DNA of 64,000 nucleotides. Source: Adineta vaga. Taxonomy: Eukaryota; Animalia; Rotifera. Location: assembly GCA_021613535.1 (NCBI GenBank), contig CP075492.1:1984001-2048000 (forward strand), in the 5' to 3' direction. The position numbers and the translations under genes are program-made. Below, in pieces: positions 11,161 to 22,591 of the stretch; the first letter of the stretch is position 1, and every line of letters starts with the position of its first letter. The notes beneath the pieces are model-generated. The model saw nothing but the letters and a program-made list of their open reading frames with translations. It did not search any database and had not been told where the DNA came from.

Positions 11161-13451
11161 ATGGTAAAAGAAAGAACTTCTGGAGACACGACAGAAAAGC
11201 AGTGTGGCAATAATGTTCTATTTCACATTATTCTTCAGTTTTTTTAAGTAGCAACAAGAAAAAGAAACATTGCTTCTCGCAGAAATGACTATGATTTGGC
11301 CGGATAATGATATCACACACAGTGAGTATCAGCAGAAAATCTTGGATGAAAGTCGTTTTTATTTCAATGATTATAATCTACGTTTATTCAATGATCCTGA
11401 TCAATGTCTGGATTTTATAACAGATCTCCCTAAAACACAGGAAGTACTTCTTCTTATCACCAGTCGACAGCTTATCGAACAAATTATTCCGCTGATATTG
11501 ACAAACCTTTTCACGAAAACTATCAAAAGTCGGAGGTTTTCTTGATTTATTAAAGCTATTATCATATATCGTGTACCAGTAGATTTCTCTTTTCTCAAAA
11601 ATAGTAGTTTGCCTTTCAAAATGCAGCTTATGCTGTTAAAGGAAACCATCGGAAACGCAAAACCTTCGAAGAACCACTATCGCGATATTCCTTTTGTCTG
11701 TATGCGAATCTTTTAACGACTCCTTCTTTCACACGATCAGACCGATTCCGATGCTCGATGTGATATGTTTAACTATTTACGACAGAGATTCAAGGAAAAT
11801 TCATCCCAATTAGACATCATCGATAAGCTTGATCAGACGTTCCCCAGCACGTTAACCGCTATTGAATGGTATAAACGCAACACATTTCATCACGAAATAC
11901 TCAATACAGCTCTCTTCGAACAAGATCGAATGGTTTTATACAAAATGAGATTCTTCATACGACATTTGGATCACGAACTCACGAATCTTGACAATCAACA
12001 ACAATCGGCCAAGGAATAAGATACAATTATAGTTTATCATGGAAAATGCATGCGCCTTTGCGAGATTATGGATTTGAAGAATCGTGGTTCTGATACTTCT
12101 TTGCACTTTGACAATTTCCTTTCGACAGGCAGAGACCGAAAATTTGCTCGTCTCTTTGCAGAAAGTGCGTCCCAATCAAAACAATACGAAGCTGTGTTGA
12201 TGAAAGTGACGATACCACCGTTGTTGACAGATGCCGAAGTTTTTCGCTGTCCATTTGCTGATATTGTGCGTTCTGGTGATGAAGAAGACGAGACAGAAGT
12301 TCTTTTTTCTACTGGTGCTCTATTTCGCGTGCAGAAAGTAGATATAAAACATAAAGAAGCCATACTCTGTATTGTAACTGTAACATTAACTCATGATCTC
12401 GATTTCGACGATGATTGCATAGAAGATCTTCTTACTTTTTTTTAAGAAAAAAATACGACAAAATACCTTTGACACTGCTTGCACTCTCGCATCTAATGCT
12501 CGAAATGGGTGATTATGACCAAGCAGAAGAATTTATTTACCAGTTAATTCAACAATCAATGACGACGAGTGTTACGGGACCTAATAGTACGCGCTATCTT
12601 TTTCTTTCTTTACTGTTCACTATACCTAGATGATGATATCATAGATATCTCTCTCTCTCTTTTTCGAATCCTCGTTTCTTTTTTCTCAACGCGTATATAA
12701 ACATATGTGTTTTCTCTCCTAGTCAGTCATGTATATGATTCTTTCAAATAAAGGTGAATAAACCCTAACAACGAGCTATCTGATTGGTCCAGCTCTCTCG
12801 TTGCTTGGACAAATGTATACCAAACAAAAAGATTATATTAGAGCATTTCGTACCCTTGAAATAGCACTGAAATATTCACTGTCCGGTGATCGATGCTATC
12901 TATCTGACACTTGCGCAGCTCTTGGTGAAGTGCATTCAGAACGCAATGATTTCGATCGAGCTTTGTTTTATAGCAGAAAAGCCTTAGAAAACGCTGACAC
13001 TCCAGAACAGATCATTCTTCGGTGTATTGAATTCAGTATAATTCAAGAAAAGCGGAATGAATGGGACGAAGCAAAATCTTACCTAAGAAGAGCGTACGAT
13101 CAACTTCAAACTAATTTATCTAAAAACCATTCTTTATGGATTCATTACTACAAGGAGAAGGGACAAATTAAGTTCGTACGAGGAAAAATTGTTGAAGCTA
13201 CATTATTGTTCTTAATGGTTATGCATCATCCCGCACTGATATTAGCCAATCAACCGCTTACTATAGTTAACATGGCTCAACAACTAGCTAAGTTTGCAGA
13301 TACGATCGGAAATTCGGATATGGCCAAAATGCTCTGTAGCGCAGCTATCTTGATCGCTCAACATCTTCCGAAATACCATAAAGTAGGCAAAGAAACTGAA
13401 CAATATTTCATTCATATTTTTGGAAAATCGACAGATCCGCCACCAGAATAA
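11161..13451 (+). pseudogene. Receiver-like/ART/TPR paralog, copy 3, disrupted
   Basis: FNDPDQCLDFI receiver-like segment, AIEWY..., VYHGK, FLSTG, DETEVL, then TPRs. In-frame TAA at 12017-12019 and a frameshift in the T-run near 12440. The 5' end is uncertain. Confidence 0.65.
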
Positions 13452-14186
13452 AATGAGATTTCGAGAGTGGATGAGGGTGATGTGCAAATATGCTACTCTT
13501 ACCTACATCCGTCTTTGGATTTTTGTTACATATCGGAATTCTTGCTGATTCTAATGAGTTGCCAGTGTTAAAATGTCTTTTTCTTTGAACGAAACAATTT
13601 ATGCAAACTTCGTTTACGTTCAGTACGAAACGATTTTGTAGAAAAACTGAATAATGGTGATAAAGTTATTCGAATATACGTACAAAAGATTGTCGTTGGA
13701 TTAAAAAAATGCTTCGATTTCACTTCAATCGATATTTTGCATAGTGCTTCGTGTTAATTTATTATAAATTCGATAACAAGCAATTGGTAAACGAAAACAT
13801 ATATATATATATACTTATTTTTATAATTAATACAATTATTACATGTCAATCCTTGAAACATTGAAAATTTCTTAATAATTGTTTAGTTTTCTTCAATATT
13901 GTCGTATACAAACAAAAGTTTTATTTTAATGAGAACAATTTTGTTCGACTCGATGGATATGAGGGTGGATGCGAATGTGATTGGAAAATCATTACAATAA
14001 TCATACTCTCACCCTCACTTATTCTAGTATGTCAGTTTAATGACAAAACGAGTTTGAATAGTTTATTAATAAATAGAACAAAAACCAGACGGAGATTACT
14101 CTTGGATGAAGGGATTTATACGAATTGTGCAGGAAATAGATCATGTTTTTATTTTGTCAAATGATAAATCATAATCTCATTTCTAA

Positions 14187-15176
14187 TTATATTCTGGATG
14201 AAAAACGTATATTAGCTTGTTGTTGATTTGTATTGAACACGATGATATCTGAATAAACACGATGTTGATTGAAAGAAAACAAAGATTTGATATTTCTTCG
14301 AAAGGGTTTAGAAACAACAATATAAGTGTAGAAAGGTAAGCTGAATGTGCTGAAAGTAAAAAGATTCAGGATTGAAGACAGTACATTTTCTTGTGCATGT
14401 CGAAGAAGACTCTTTGATATAGTTCGTGTATAGAAGAAATATGTCTGCCCGACAAGATTAGGCAGTGCTGTAAGAAGAACCATAATAATTTGAGCAAACA
14501 ACAGACGTGTTATACTCTGTTCAAGATTTCGATTTTGTAGTAGATTATGTCGAACATTGTACCAGGTAAGTGCAGAAAAGATAACTAGAAGAGGAATCGG
14601 AATGAGAGTATAGATAATGATAGCTAAATATGTATAGTATTCAGCAAAAATAGGATTGATAACATAACAAAGAGTAACATTACCTGAATTCTCCACAAGT
14701 GTATAGAAGATGAGAGATGGACTGATAAATCCAATGCAGATTATAATAATAAAAATAATAATAAATACAGCTCGTCGTCGAGTGATCAATTCTCGATATT
14801 GAACTGTTCGAGATGTAACGAGATATTGGTTCATAACTGCCAAACAGATACAATATAATCCTAAAGTACCACCAAGAGGTCCTAAACACCATCGTAATTT
14901 GCACAGAACTACAAATGAAGTCAATGGATCACTGCCACTTATTGGATATATTAAATCAAATAGAAAACCACCGAAAAGATCGACTTGACCGAAAATAAAG
15001 GAAGTGAGGAGAAAAATAGAGGTGGAGACTTTGGTAAATTGTGGGAGACGAGCAAATGCCAATATATTGAGAAAGTTACCGATGGTACCACCAATAAACA
15101 TTGGTAAACCAATTGAAATAAGAAGAATTCGTGATATTAATAACAAACGAGTAATTTCATCGGATAGATTGGACAT
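14187..15176 (-). CDS. Rhodopsin-family (class A-like) 7TM GPCR, intronless
   Basis: Seven hydrophobic segments, GNFLN in TM1, CKLR before TM3, PFYTY..SKPFR at the end of TM7. Confidence 0.8.
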   Translation of the reverse strand: MSNLSDEITRLLLISRILLISIGLPMFIGGTIGNFLNILAFARLPQFTKVSTSIFLLTSFIFGQVDLFGGFLFDLIYPISGSDPLTSFVVLCKLRWCLGPLGGTLGLYCICLAVMNQYLVTSRTVQYRELITRRRAVFIIIFIIIICIGFISPSLIFYTLVENSGNVTLCYVINPIFAEYYTYLAIIIYTLIPIPLLVIFSALTWYNVRHNLLQNRNLEQSITRLLFAQIIMVLLTALPNLVGQTYFFYTRTISKSLLRHAQENVLSSILNLFTFSTFSLPFYTYIVVSKPFRRNIKSLFSFNQHRVYSDIIVFNTNQQQANIRFSSRI

Positions 15177-16331
15177 GTTCAATAATAATTTGCTGTTGAT
15201 GACTACTTTTTTACTAAAGTTTCTCGTACATTTGATTTCTAACTAATTGCTTCTTCGAAAAAGAAAATTGTTAGAGAAACGTCTTGAGACGACAAAAGCC
15301 TCACAAACATAGATTCATATATTATCATAAAAAATATTTGAAGCCAACGAAGATTTTCTTTTTTCTCTACTTTGAACATCACATCATCCAAAGCAGAGGA
15401 TTACACGCATTTGTCGGTTATCAGAAGTTCTGTCAAAACAAACGCGTTATGCAGTATGTCGCATCATTCTTTTTTTCATTCTCATATTGTAATTAAAAAT
15501 AAAACTTCTTATTCTAAGCATAAAACTGATGTAAAATATTTATAGACTTTTATCGACTGCAAAAGTATTTAGAGAATCTGTAAGAGACGTTCAAACAAAG
15601 AGAATTAGTTTGATTCATTGAGACATACAAAAACTAATTACAATCTTTTAAAAATATCTTTTCAGACAGTTTATTGAATAAAATTCATTTTTAAGCAGCA
15701 GCAACACGAAGAATGTTCTTTGTAGTTGGATGTAGTTCCCTTGATTGAAGAGAGGGTGATACAAAAAAATAAACGAAAAAGATTTGTTTATGGCAGGTGA
15801 ACAGTTACCAATACAAAATATATTACTCACATTTGTATTCTGTAGCGGTACTCTTGAGTCTTCATGTACTTTGAAACTGAAATTCACCATGGAGTAAAGG
15901 ATTTAATTGTTATGCTAACTATTCGAATTGAGAGAGAAAGATATGAATTTGGATGTAGAGTGGCGGCTCCCACCCATCCACGCCCACACCCACTGCGCCG
16001 CAATTACGATGCAGTCGTTAAAAAAAAGGTGACATGGGTACTCACTACGTCGCTTAAACGATTATAAATAAGCAAATGATGTACGAAGAAAAAGATAGCA
16101 TACCTGAATGAGATAAGGTTTATCACTAGTTCTTTACCTTGTAGATGAATATACATACAGATAACAGAAGCATCAAATTTCGACGTTATGCATTTGAAAA
16201 AAAGCAGCTTGCAATCAGGTAGAATACGGGTCCTCTCTCTATCTATCTATCTACTCGTATGCGAACAATGAAATTGTTTCTCTTTTTAAGAGTTTTTTTT
16301 AAAATTGTAGATATTTTATAACGCTTAGAAA

Positions 16332-19143
16332 ATGACGTATACTATAGCAGCATTTGTGTTGCTATTGATTTATCTGAGCAGTATGCAGCTTACAATTGTT
16401 CAGTCCGCAGACTCAAGCTTTCTCATTCGCGACAGTACAGGTGACTTTGGCATTGGCCTTCTTGGCAAAAAAGGTACAGTTGCATATATTCGTCCTGACT
16501 TACACGATAACGTCTTCAGCTTTACCGTTAACGATACGTGGCCTAAAGATCGTACTCAGGCACTATACCATAGCACCGGAGATATTACATTAAGAATTCG
16601 TCCTGCCAACTCAACAGAAAATTACGCAACATTCTCCACAACAGATGCGTATGGAGGCGCAGCTCAGATCGTGGAAGTGGCTGACTCATTGATTGCTTAT
16701 GACGTGACGTCCCTCCTGCATCCAGGGCATGGACTTAACATCAAACGTATCTACAGACAGGCAGCAGACAATGATGGCGGCTTTATCATTCAAGTGAATT
16801 TGACAAATACTCAATCATATGCACAGCAGATTGGTGCATTGGGCATGTCGATGGTATTTAACAATGATTGGTCTAATCTAGACCTGAACTCAACGGCACA
16901 ACGTTGTAGTTTCACAGAACCAAACATTGGTCAAGATGGTGCATGGGTTAAGGTGACAAGAGTAACTGGTGATGGACGTATTTTAATGGTGTTACCGGCC
17001 GACAATGGCGGAATGAATGCTTGGCGTCCGTTATTGACTGATCCCACGCCACGATCTGCTACTTTCGAAGGATTCTATGAATATACATTTCTTGCTGACG
17101 CCTATCGTACAAACGAATGGAGTGCAGTGCCCGATGAACGATTATGGACGCTTACAGATTCTGTCCTCCTACAGCCTGGTGCGTCTGTCACCTATGGACT
17201 CCGTATGCGATTATTCAATGGTGTGAAAAATGTCGAAGGTGGTCTCGCACAGATGCAACGTCTCGTTGTTAAGGTCGTGCCTGGATACGTTGTCGGTGTT
17301 GACATGACAAACATCACATTATACGTGCTACCCGGTCGATATAAAGTGAGCGAAATCACCGTGAGTAACAGCAGCATTATGGATATTGAAAACACTTCGA
17401 CAATATTGAGTTCCGGTTGGTATTCTTATCAGCTGTACCCCCGTGCCTACGGACGTGTGCGTGTCATTGTACACTACACTGACAACAGAGCGGTAGAGTA
17501 CCGACAGGTTGTGAGTATGTTCGTATTGCCATCCTTTCGGACACATGTACAAACATTTGGTGAATTCTGCGCTAAGTATCAATGGTACGAAGATCCGACT
17601 GATCCGTTCGGTCGTAGTCAGTCAATAATGCCCTACAATTGGCACTTGGAGAAACTCGTACTTCAGGAAGGTCGTTCGTTCGTCGTCGGTCTTAGTGATG
17701 AGTCAGGTGCGGGTCCTGGCCTAGGATTTGCCATAAAAAATCTTTATGCTCCTGATCCAGAGCAGGTACGTTTGATGGATCTTTATGTGAACAATACATT
17801 GTTCGGCAGCAAAGGTCCCAATCAATACGTACCATTTGAGACACGCGTGCAATGGAGCGACTACAGTGTTATTGCCAGTACATTCTGGTATCCTGGTATG
17901 CCAGGTTACAACTATACAGTTACCGACGGCTGGGATCAGAAGCGTGCCAACACTACGTGGCGTTCATACAATTACGTTCATCCTGCAGCGATCTATTATT
18001 CTTTATATCGTATAGCACGCGATAATCCAAATATGAATACTCTCCACTCGTGGTCATGGTATTTGATGCAAGCATATCGAACATATATAGCCATGAACAA
18101 GTTTGGATCATACTACGCTCAGTTTGGGTTGATGGTCGGATCGGTTTTTCCGCGTATACTAGACGCTTTACAACTGGAAGGTTTCGCAGAACAATTTAAG
18201 CAAATGACAGCTTTGGAGCAAGCACGACTCACCATTTGGCAGTCGTTGCCGTTTCCATTCGGTTCGGAGTTTCCTTGGGATAGTACTGGTCAAGAAGAAA
18301 TCTATTTGACGGCTCAACACTTTGGCTTCTACACGCTTTCAAACAGCACACTACAAGCCGTGCTCGCCTATACGCATAGTGTTCCTAACTGGGGTTATCA
18401 TGGTGCGGCAAGACGTTTCTGGGATTATGTTTACAATGGGTGCGAAGAACTGAATAATGGTATTGAACGAGTGTTGCATCACTACGGTTCAGGTCTCAAT
18501 GCTCTTCCGTTAATGCACGCATATGATTTAAACCCGGACGATATTTACTTACTAGAAGTTGGTATTGGTAGCATTACAGGACCGCTAACAAATATTCAAT
18601 TGAATGGAGCCAGTAGTATGGGACTTCACGGTGATCCGAGCAAACTGATACATGACTATTGGGATGCTGACTATGGCATGTCATTCTATGGACTCGCCTC
18701 GCTTCAAAGTGCCTACGCTGTCAACCACAGTACGCTCGGTCATGCGGTCTGCTATTTGTGTGATCTCATCGTCTCAATGGAAGCGACTGTATGGAATGTT
18801 ATACCACGTGATGCTTTCCACCGTCGCATCTACATTGAACCTCTAGGGACGGCTTTCATTGGATGCGGGTACGATTGAGTCGCTAGTAGTGAACTGGCGT
18901 GCACAGACTGTGGTGATAGTGTTGAGTGCAGTACCTACTCCCGAGCCGTTCAAGGTCTATCGGCTACATGTTGACCATCTGGCTGCGTGTACGGCGCGAA
19001 TGGCCTGTGACATTGCCATTGTATCGCCTGTTTCTCCACCTATTGTAAGAGGTGCATTTGAGATAGCTGTACAGCCATATCCACAGACTGTGGCAGTTCA
19101 ATTGAGATGGGGTGATAAACATGGATTAAAACACCATGTATAA
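16332..19143 (+). CDS. Secreted DUF5695-type putative glycoside hydrolase with a frameshift near 18855
   Basis: Signal peptide, GLSDESGAG, WRSYNYVH, PFGSEFPWDSTGQEE, HHYGSGLN. The C-terminal LDAGTIE segment continues in another frame (18859-19143). Intronless and visibly more GC-rich than its flanks. Confidence 0.75.
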
Positions 19144-19882
19144 CAGTTATTTGATGAGATGTTTCAAGATTCATCCTAATTAATTCAATCCAAAACAGAC
19201 TAACTTTATATCGAAGACGCAATTTAATCCGTGTCTTTCAACTCTTTTTTTTCAGCGATTCATTTTTTGAAGTTAAACAATAAAAAAAGTGATTTAGTTA
19301 CTATAAGTGTATGAAAAATGTTAGTTTACAAGCAATTTTTGTCTCCGCATCATACGTTGAGCACGTTGTTAGAACAGCATCTACGGTGAGATATCTCTGT
19401 CTTGCAATGGATGGGAGTTCAATTTAAATAGTACCCACCCTCAAGATCGCAAGCGGACTGTTGCGCCTTTAGTTCGGTTTTTTTCAGGTACCTCGTGGAA
19501 AGTGCCGACCTGCAGTGCACGCGATTGTTGGATATGTATCAATAGAGAACATGTTATACTAACGCTCTTCACTAATGATTACAGGCGTGTAATATCTGTA
19601 GACGTAGCGACTCTAACAGCAACACAGGAAGGCAAGAGAAAACCATTAGGGAAATGAAATCATTCGTTCTTTGTCTTCGTGTTGCTGTTATTCATGCTTT
19701 AAATGTATAGTGAGTAACGTAAACAAATTGCCAGTGTAAACAGCGAAGAAAACATTCGTTGGGGTGCGATGTAGAGCAGTCACCTTTTTCTCGTTTACAG
19801 ATACTTTAGAAAGCGTCCCTCCTTCGAAGAGAAGATTCCTGAAACTTTTTGACAGGAGATATTGTTATCCGATATTTTCTAT

Positions 19883-22102
19883 TCACCCTCTATTCATTTT
19901 CATATAAACAAAAAACATATTTAACAAGCATATCTTTCTCATCCATTCGAGAGTGTTTTTCCATAGTTGAAAATACGGATGATTCGCAGATAATGCTCGT
20001 TGCCCAATATCCACGGCTCGTTCACAAAACGAAAGTGCTCTCGAGAAGTTACCCATCATAAAATATACCTCAGCAATATTGTAGCAAGAACCAGCTAAAT
20101 TGGGGTAATCTGGAGAGAGAGCTTCTCTTAAAATTTCATATGATTTCTCATAATACGAAAGTGCTTTCGGATTGTTCTGCATGATGCTATACATGAAACC
20201 GATGTTGTTGTAAGAGGTAGCCAAATCGGGGTGATCTGGAGGAAGAGATTGTTTATAGATTTCTAGAGCTTTTTCATGAGACGCAAGTGCTTTGGGGTAG
20301 TCTCCTATCTTGTCATACACTAAACCGATGTTGTTGTAAGAGGCAGCCAAACTTGGGTGATTTGGAGGAAGAGATTTTTCATAGATCTCCAGAGCTTTTT
20401 TATGAAATGAAAGTGCTTTCGAGTGGTCTGCCATCTTCTCATACACTAAAGCGATATTGTTGTAAGACATAGCTAAATCTGGATGATTTGGAGGAAGAGA
20501 TTTTTGACACGTCTCCAAGGCTTTTTCATAATAAAAAAGTGCTTTTGAGTTATTCGCCTTGTTATCATACACCGAACCGATGTTGTTGTAAATACGAGCG
20601 AAACTTGGATGATATGGAGGAAGAATGTTTTGAAATATTTCCAGTGATTCGTCATAAAATTTGATTGCTTCTTCATATTCTCCTAGATGATCTTTGACTT
20701 TTCCACTATGATGGTAAGCAGGCGCTCTCTCACTATCAGACGATGCCTGTTCAAGCAAGAACTCATACACTCGTTGTGCTTTGTCTGGCTGACCCAGTGT
20801 CAATAGCAATTGACCCAGTCGACACCATCCTTTTTCGTAGGGAAAAGTTTCTTGACGAATGTACTTAGTCAAAACACAAAGATCAGGGTCGTTGTCACTG
20901 GTCAATGTCAACTCCACTTGCCAGAGATATTTGTTTTCATCCAAGAGTTCAAAAGTACCGATGCGAAAAACCGTGTGCATCGAAAAGAGTACTTCACCTT
21001 CCTCTCGAAAATTACTAATGCTCTCAATGGAGGCGAAAGGGGTGGTCGATAACGACGGATTAATGTTCATAACGAATAGAATGCCTATTAAATCAGGATT
21101 CATCTGGATACTTTCGGCGAGCATCAATGAAACAGCACGAATTTTACTTGTGGACAAAAAATTGTTAAAGGACAGCAGACCACCTTTCGTTTTCTGTAGT
21201 TTATCAAAATCTACCTTGGAAAGACCTTGCCCCCGATAGACAATGAAAGGGTGTCCATTGTGTTCGCCCAGAAATTGCACGTGGTGCAGTTCACTGATAT
21301 GGTGATGGAGATCATTCATGAAGAAGCCCGTTTTAATGGTTAAATCCACGTCCATGACTCGCAGAGCTCGGTTGAGCGTTGAATACAAGAAAATTTCACG
21401 CGTGTACCAAAAAATCGGTGTGTGATTGCGATATTCACGCTTGAACTTTTGAACATTTGCCAATTGTGTATCACCGGTGCTTTCTTTACGATAAAATTCT
21501 ATAAACTCGTTGAAATGTTGTTCTTCGAATGTGATGGTAAGTAAGATCTCTTTGAGGATCTGCGTGTACATAAACGAGCATTCCAACTGATCGAGATTTT
21601 TATTCGATGCCCTATCAGAATCACTGGTGGAAATAAAGCTGATAGGGATGGTATTTTCTTCACACTGGTGAACGAGTACCTTGACAGCTTGGTAAATGGA
21701 CGCGATCTCTTTGAACATGCCCTTTATTTTAGACCAATCTTTTGCCCATTGTTGAAGGTATTTTTTAGTGGTAAAAAAGATGAAAATGGAATCCAGTTGA
21801 GATATATCGTGCACCAGAGGTACAACACGTTGTGCAAGTGAATCTGAAATAATCATAATTACCTTCTCATTTTTCGTTTCCAGAAGAAAGGTCACGCATT
21901 CATCAACATCTTCGAAAACGCTGACACCATTGACGACATGTTGTAGTTGTCTAACGCTATTTTGGCCATCTTCGTGATCTTCTTCATTGATGCTCAAGTC
22001 TAGTAAGATCAAACGGACATTTTGTTTCGTACGTGCCCTTGCTCTCGTAACGGTTGTATCACTAGCAGAGCTACCCGCTACGGATGGGTTTTTCTTTTCC
22101 AT
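19883..22102 (-). CDS. Receiver-like/ART/TPR protein, copy 4, intact, no intron in CDS, 42-aa TPR array
   Basis: Probable ATG at 22102 (MEKKNP). VYRGQ, FLSTS, EEGEVL. Repeated SYNNIG.VY..KAL..KALEI..KSLPPNHP units. Confidence 0.88.
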   Translation of the reverse strand: MEKKNPSVAGSSASDTTVTRARARTKQNVRLILLDLSINEEDHEDGQNSVRQLQHVVNGVSVFEDVDECVTFLLETKNEKVIMIISDSLAQRVVPLVHDISQLDSIFIFFTTKKYLQQWAKDWSKIKGMFKEIASIYQAVKVLVHQCEENTIPISFISTSDSDRASNKNLDQLECSFMYTQILKEILLTITFEEQHFNEFIEFYRKESTGDTQLANVQKFKREYRNHTPIFWYTREIFLYSTLNRALRVMDVDLTIKTGFFMNDLHHHISELHHVQFLGEHNGHPFIVYRGQGLSKVDFDKLQKTKGGLLSFNNFLSTSKIRAVSLMLAESIQMNPDLIGILFVMNINPSLSTTPFASIESISNFREEGEVLFSMHTVFRIGTFELLDENKYLWQVELTLTSDNDPDLCVLTKYIRQETFPYEKGWCRLGQLLLTLGQPDKAQRVYEFLLEQASSDSERAPAYHHSGKVKDHLGEYEEAIKFYDESLEIFQNILPPYHPSFARIYNNIGSVYDNKANNSKALFYYEKALETCQKSLPPNHPDLAMSYNNIALVYEKMADHSKALSFHKKALEIYEKSLPPNHPSLAASYNNIGLVYDKIGDYPKALASHEKALEIYKQSLPPDHPDLATSYNNIGFMYSIMQNNPKALSYYEKSYEILREALSPDYPNLAGSCYNIAEVYFMMGNFSRALSFCERAVDIGQRALSANHPYFQLWKNTLEWMRKICLLNMFFVYMKMNRG

Positions 22103-22262
22103 TTTTTTTTTCAAATTGATGTTATCGATGTAAAAGTAGTGGTAAAATAAATCTTGAGAAGAGAAGAAAAAACAATTTATTTTATAGACGCTAACTACTT
22201 CTCTCAATTCTTCTTGTCAACGTCATTTTTGTTTTCTCTGCTTGTCGTTTCGGAATTCCCTT

Positions 22263-22428
22263 TGTTATAGTTGATGACATCTATCTACATTTTGTTATTT
22301 CTTTCGTTTTCATTTTCTCTTTGTTACTGTTATTATATAAGTTGTTGGAAAATAAAGATAACGGCCTGTTACGTTCTAACGGACTATATTCACTCACGTC
22401 TTTCTATCTCGATATAGCGAACATAACA
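22263..22428 (+). repeat. 5' LTR
   Basis: TGTTAT...ATAACA inverted termini; contains TATATAA and AATAAA; matches 30912-31077. Confidence 0.95.
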
Positions 22429-22429
22429 G

Positions 22430-22447
22430 TGGTGACAGTGGTTTGTA
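22430..22447 (+). promoter_or_regulatory. Primer-binding site (tRNA identity uncertain, possibly Leu)
   Basis: TGGTGACAGTGG one base after the 5' LTR, complementary to a tRNA ...CCA 3' end. Confidence 0.75.
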
Positions 22448-22591
22448 AAGAGGTTTAATTATCTCTTTAAATTCGGAAACAACTACAAAATTTTGAAGAA
22501 GGAATCCTTCTTTATTAGGAGTAGATTCTGTCGTCGTTGCACATTCGAATCCACATAGTATCCACTCACATTTTAATCTGATAATATATTC

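Noticed and set aside
22103-22207. N-terminal 35 codons of the 774-aa ORF
   Set aside because: TTG start and intron/UTR-like composition; the ATG at 22102 is more plausible.
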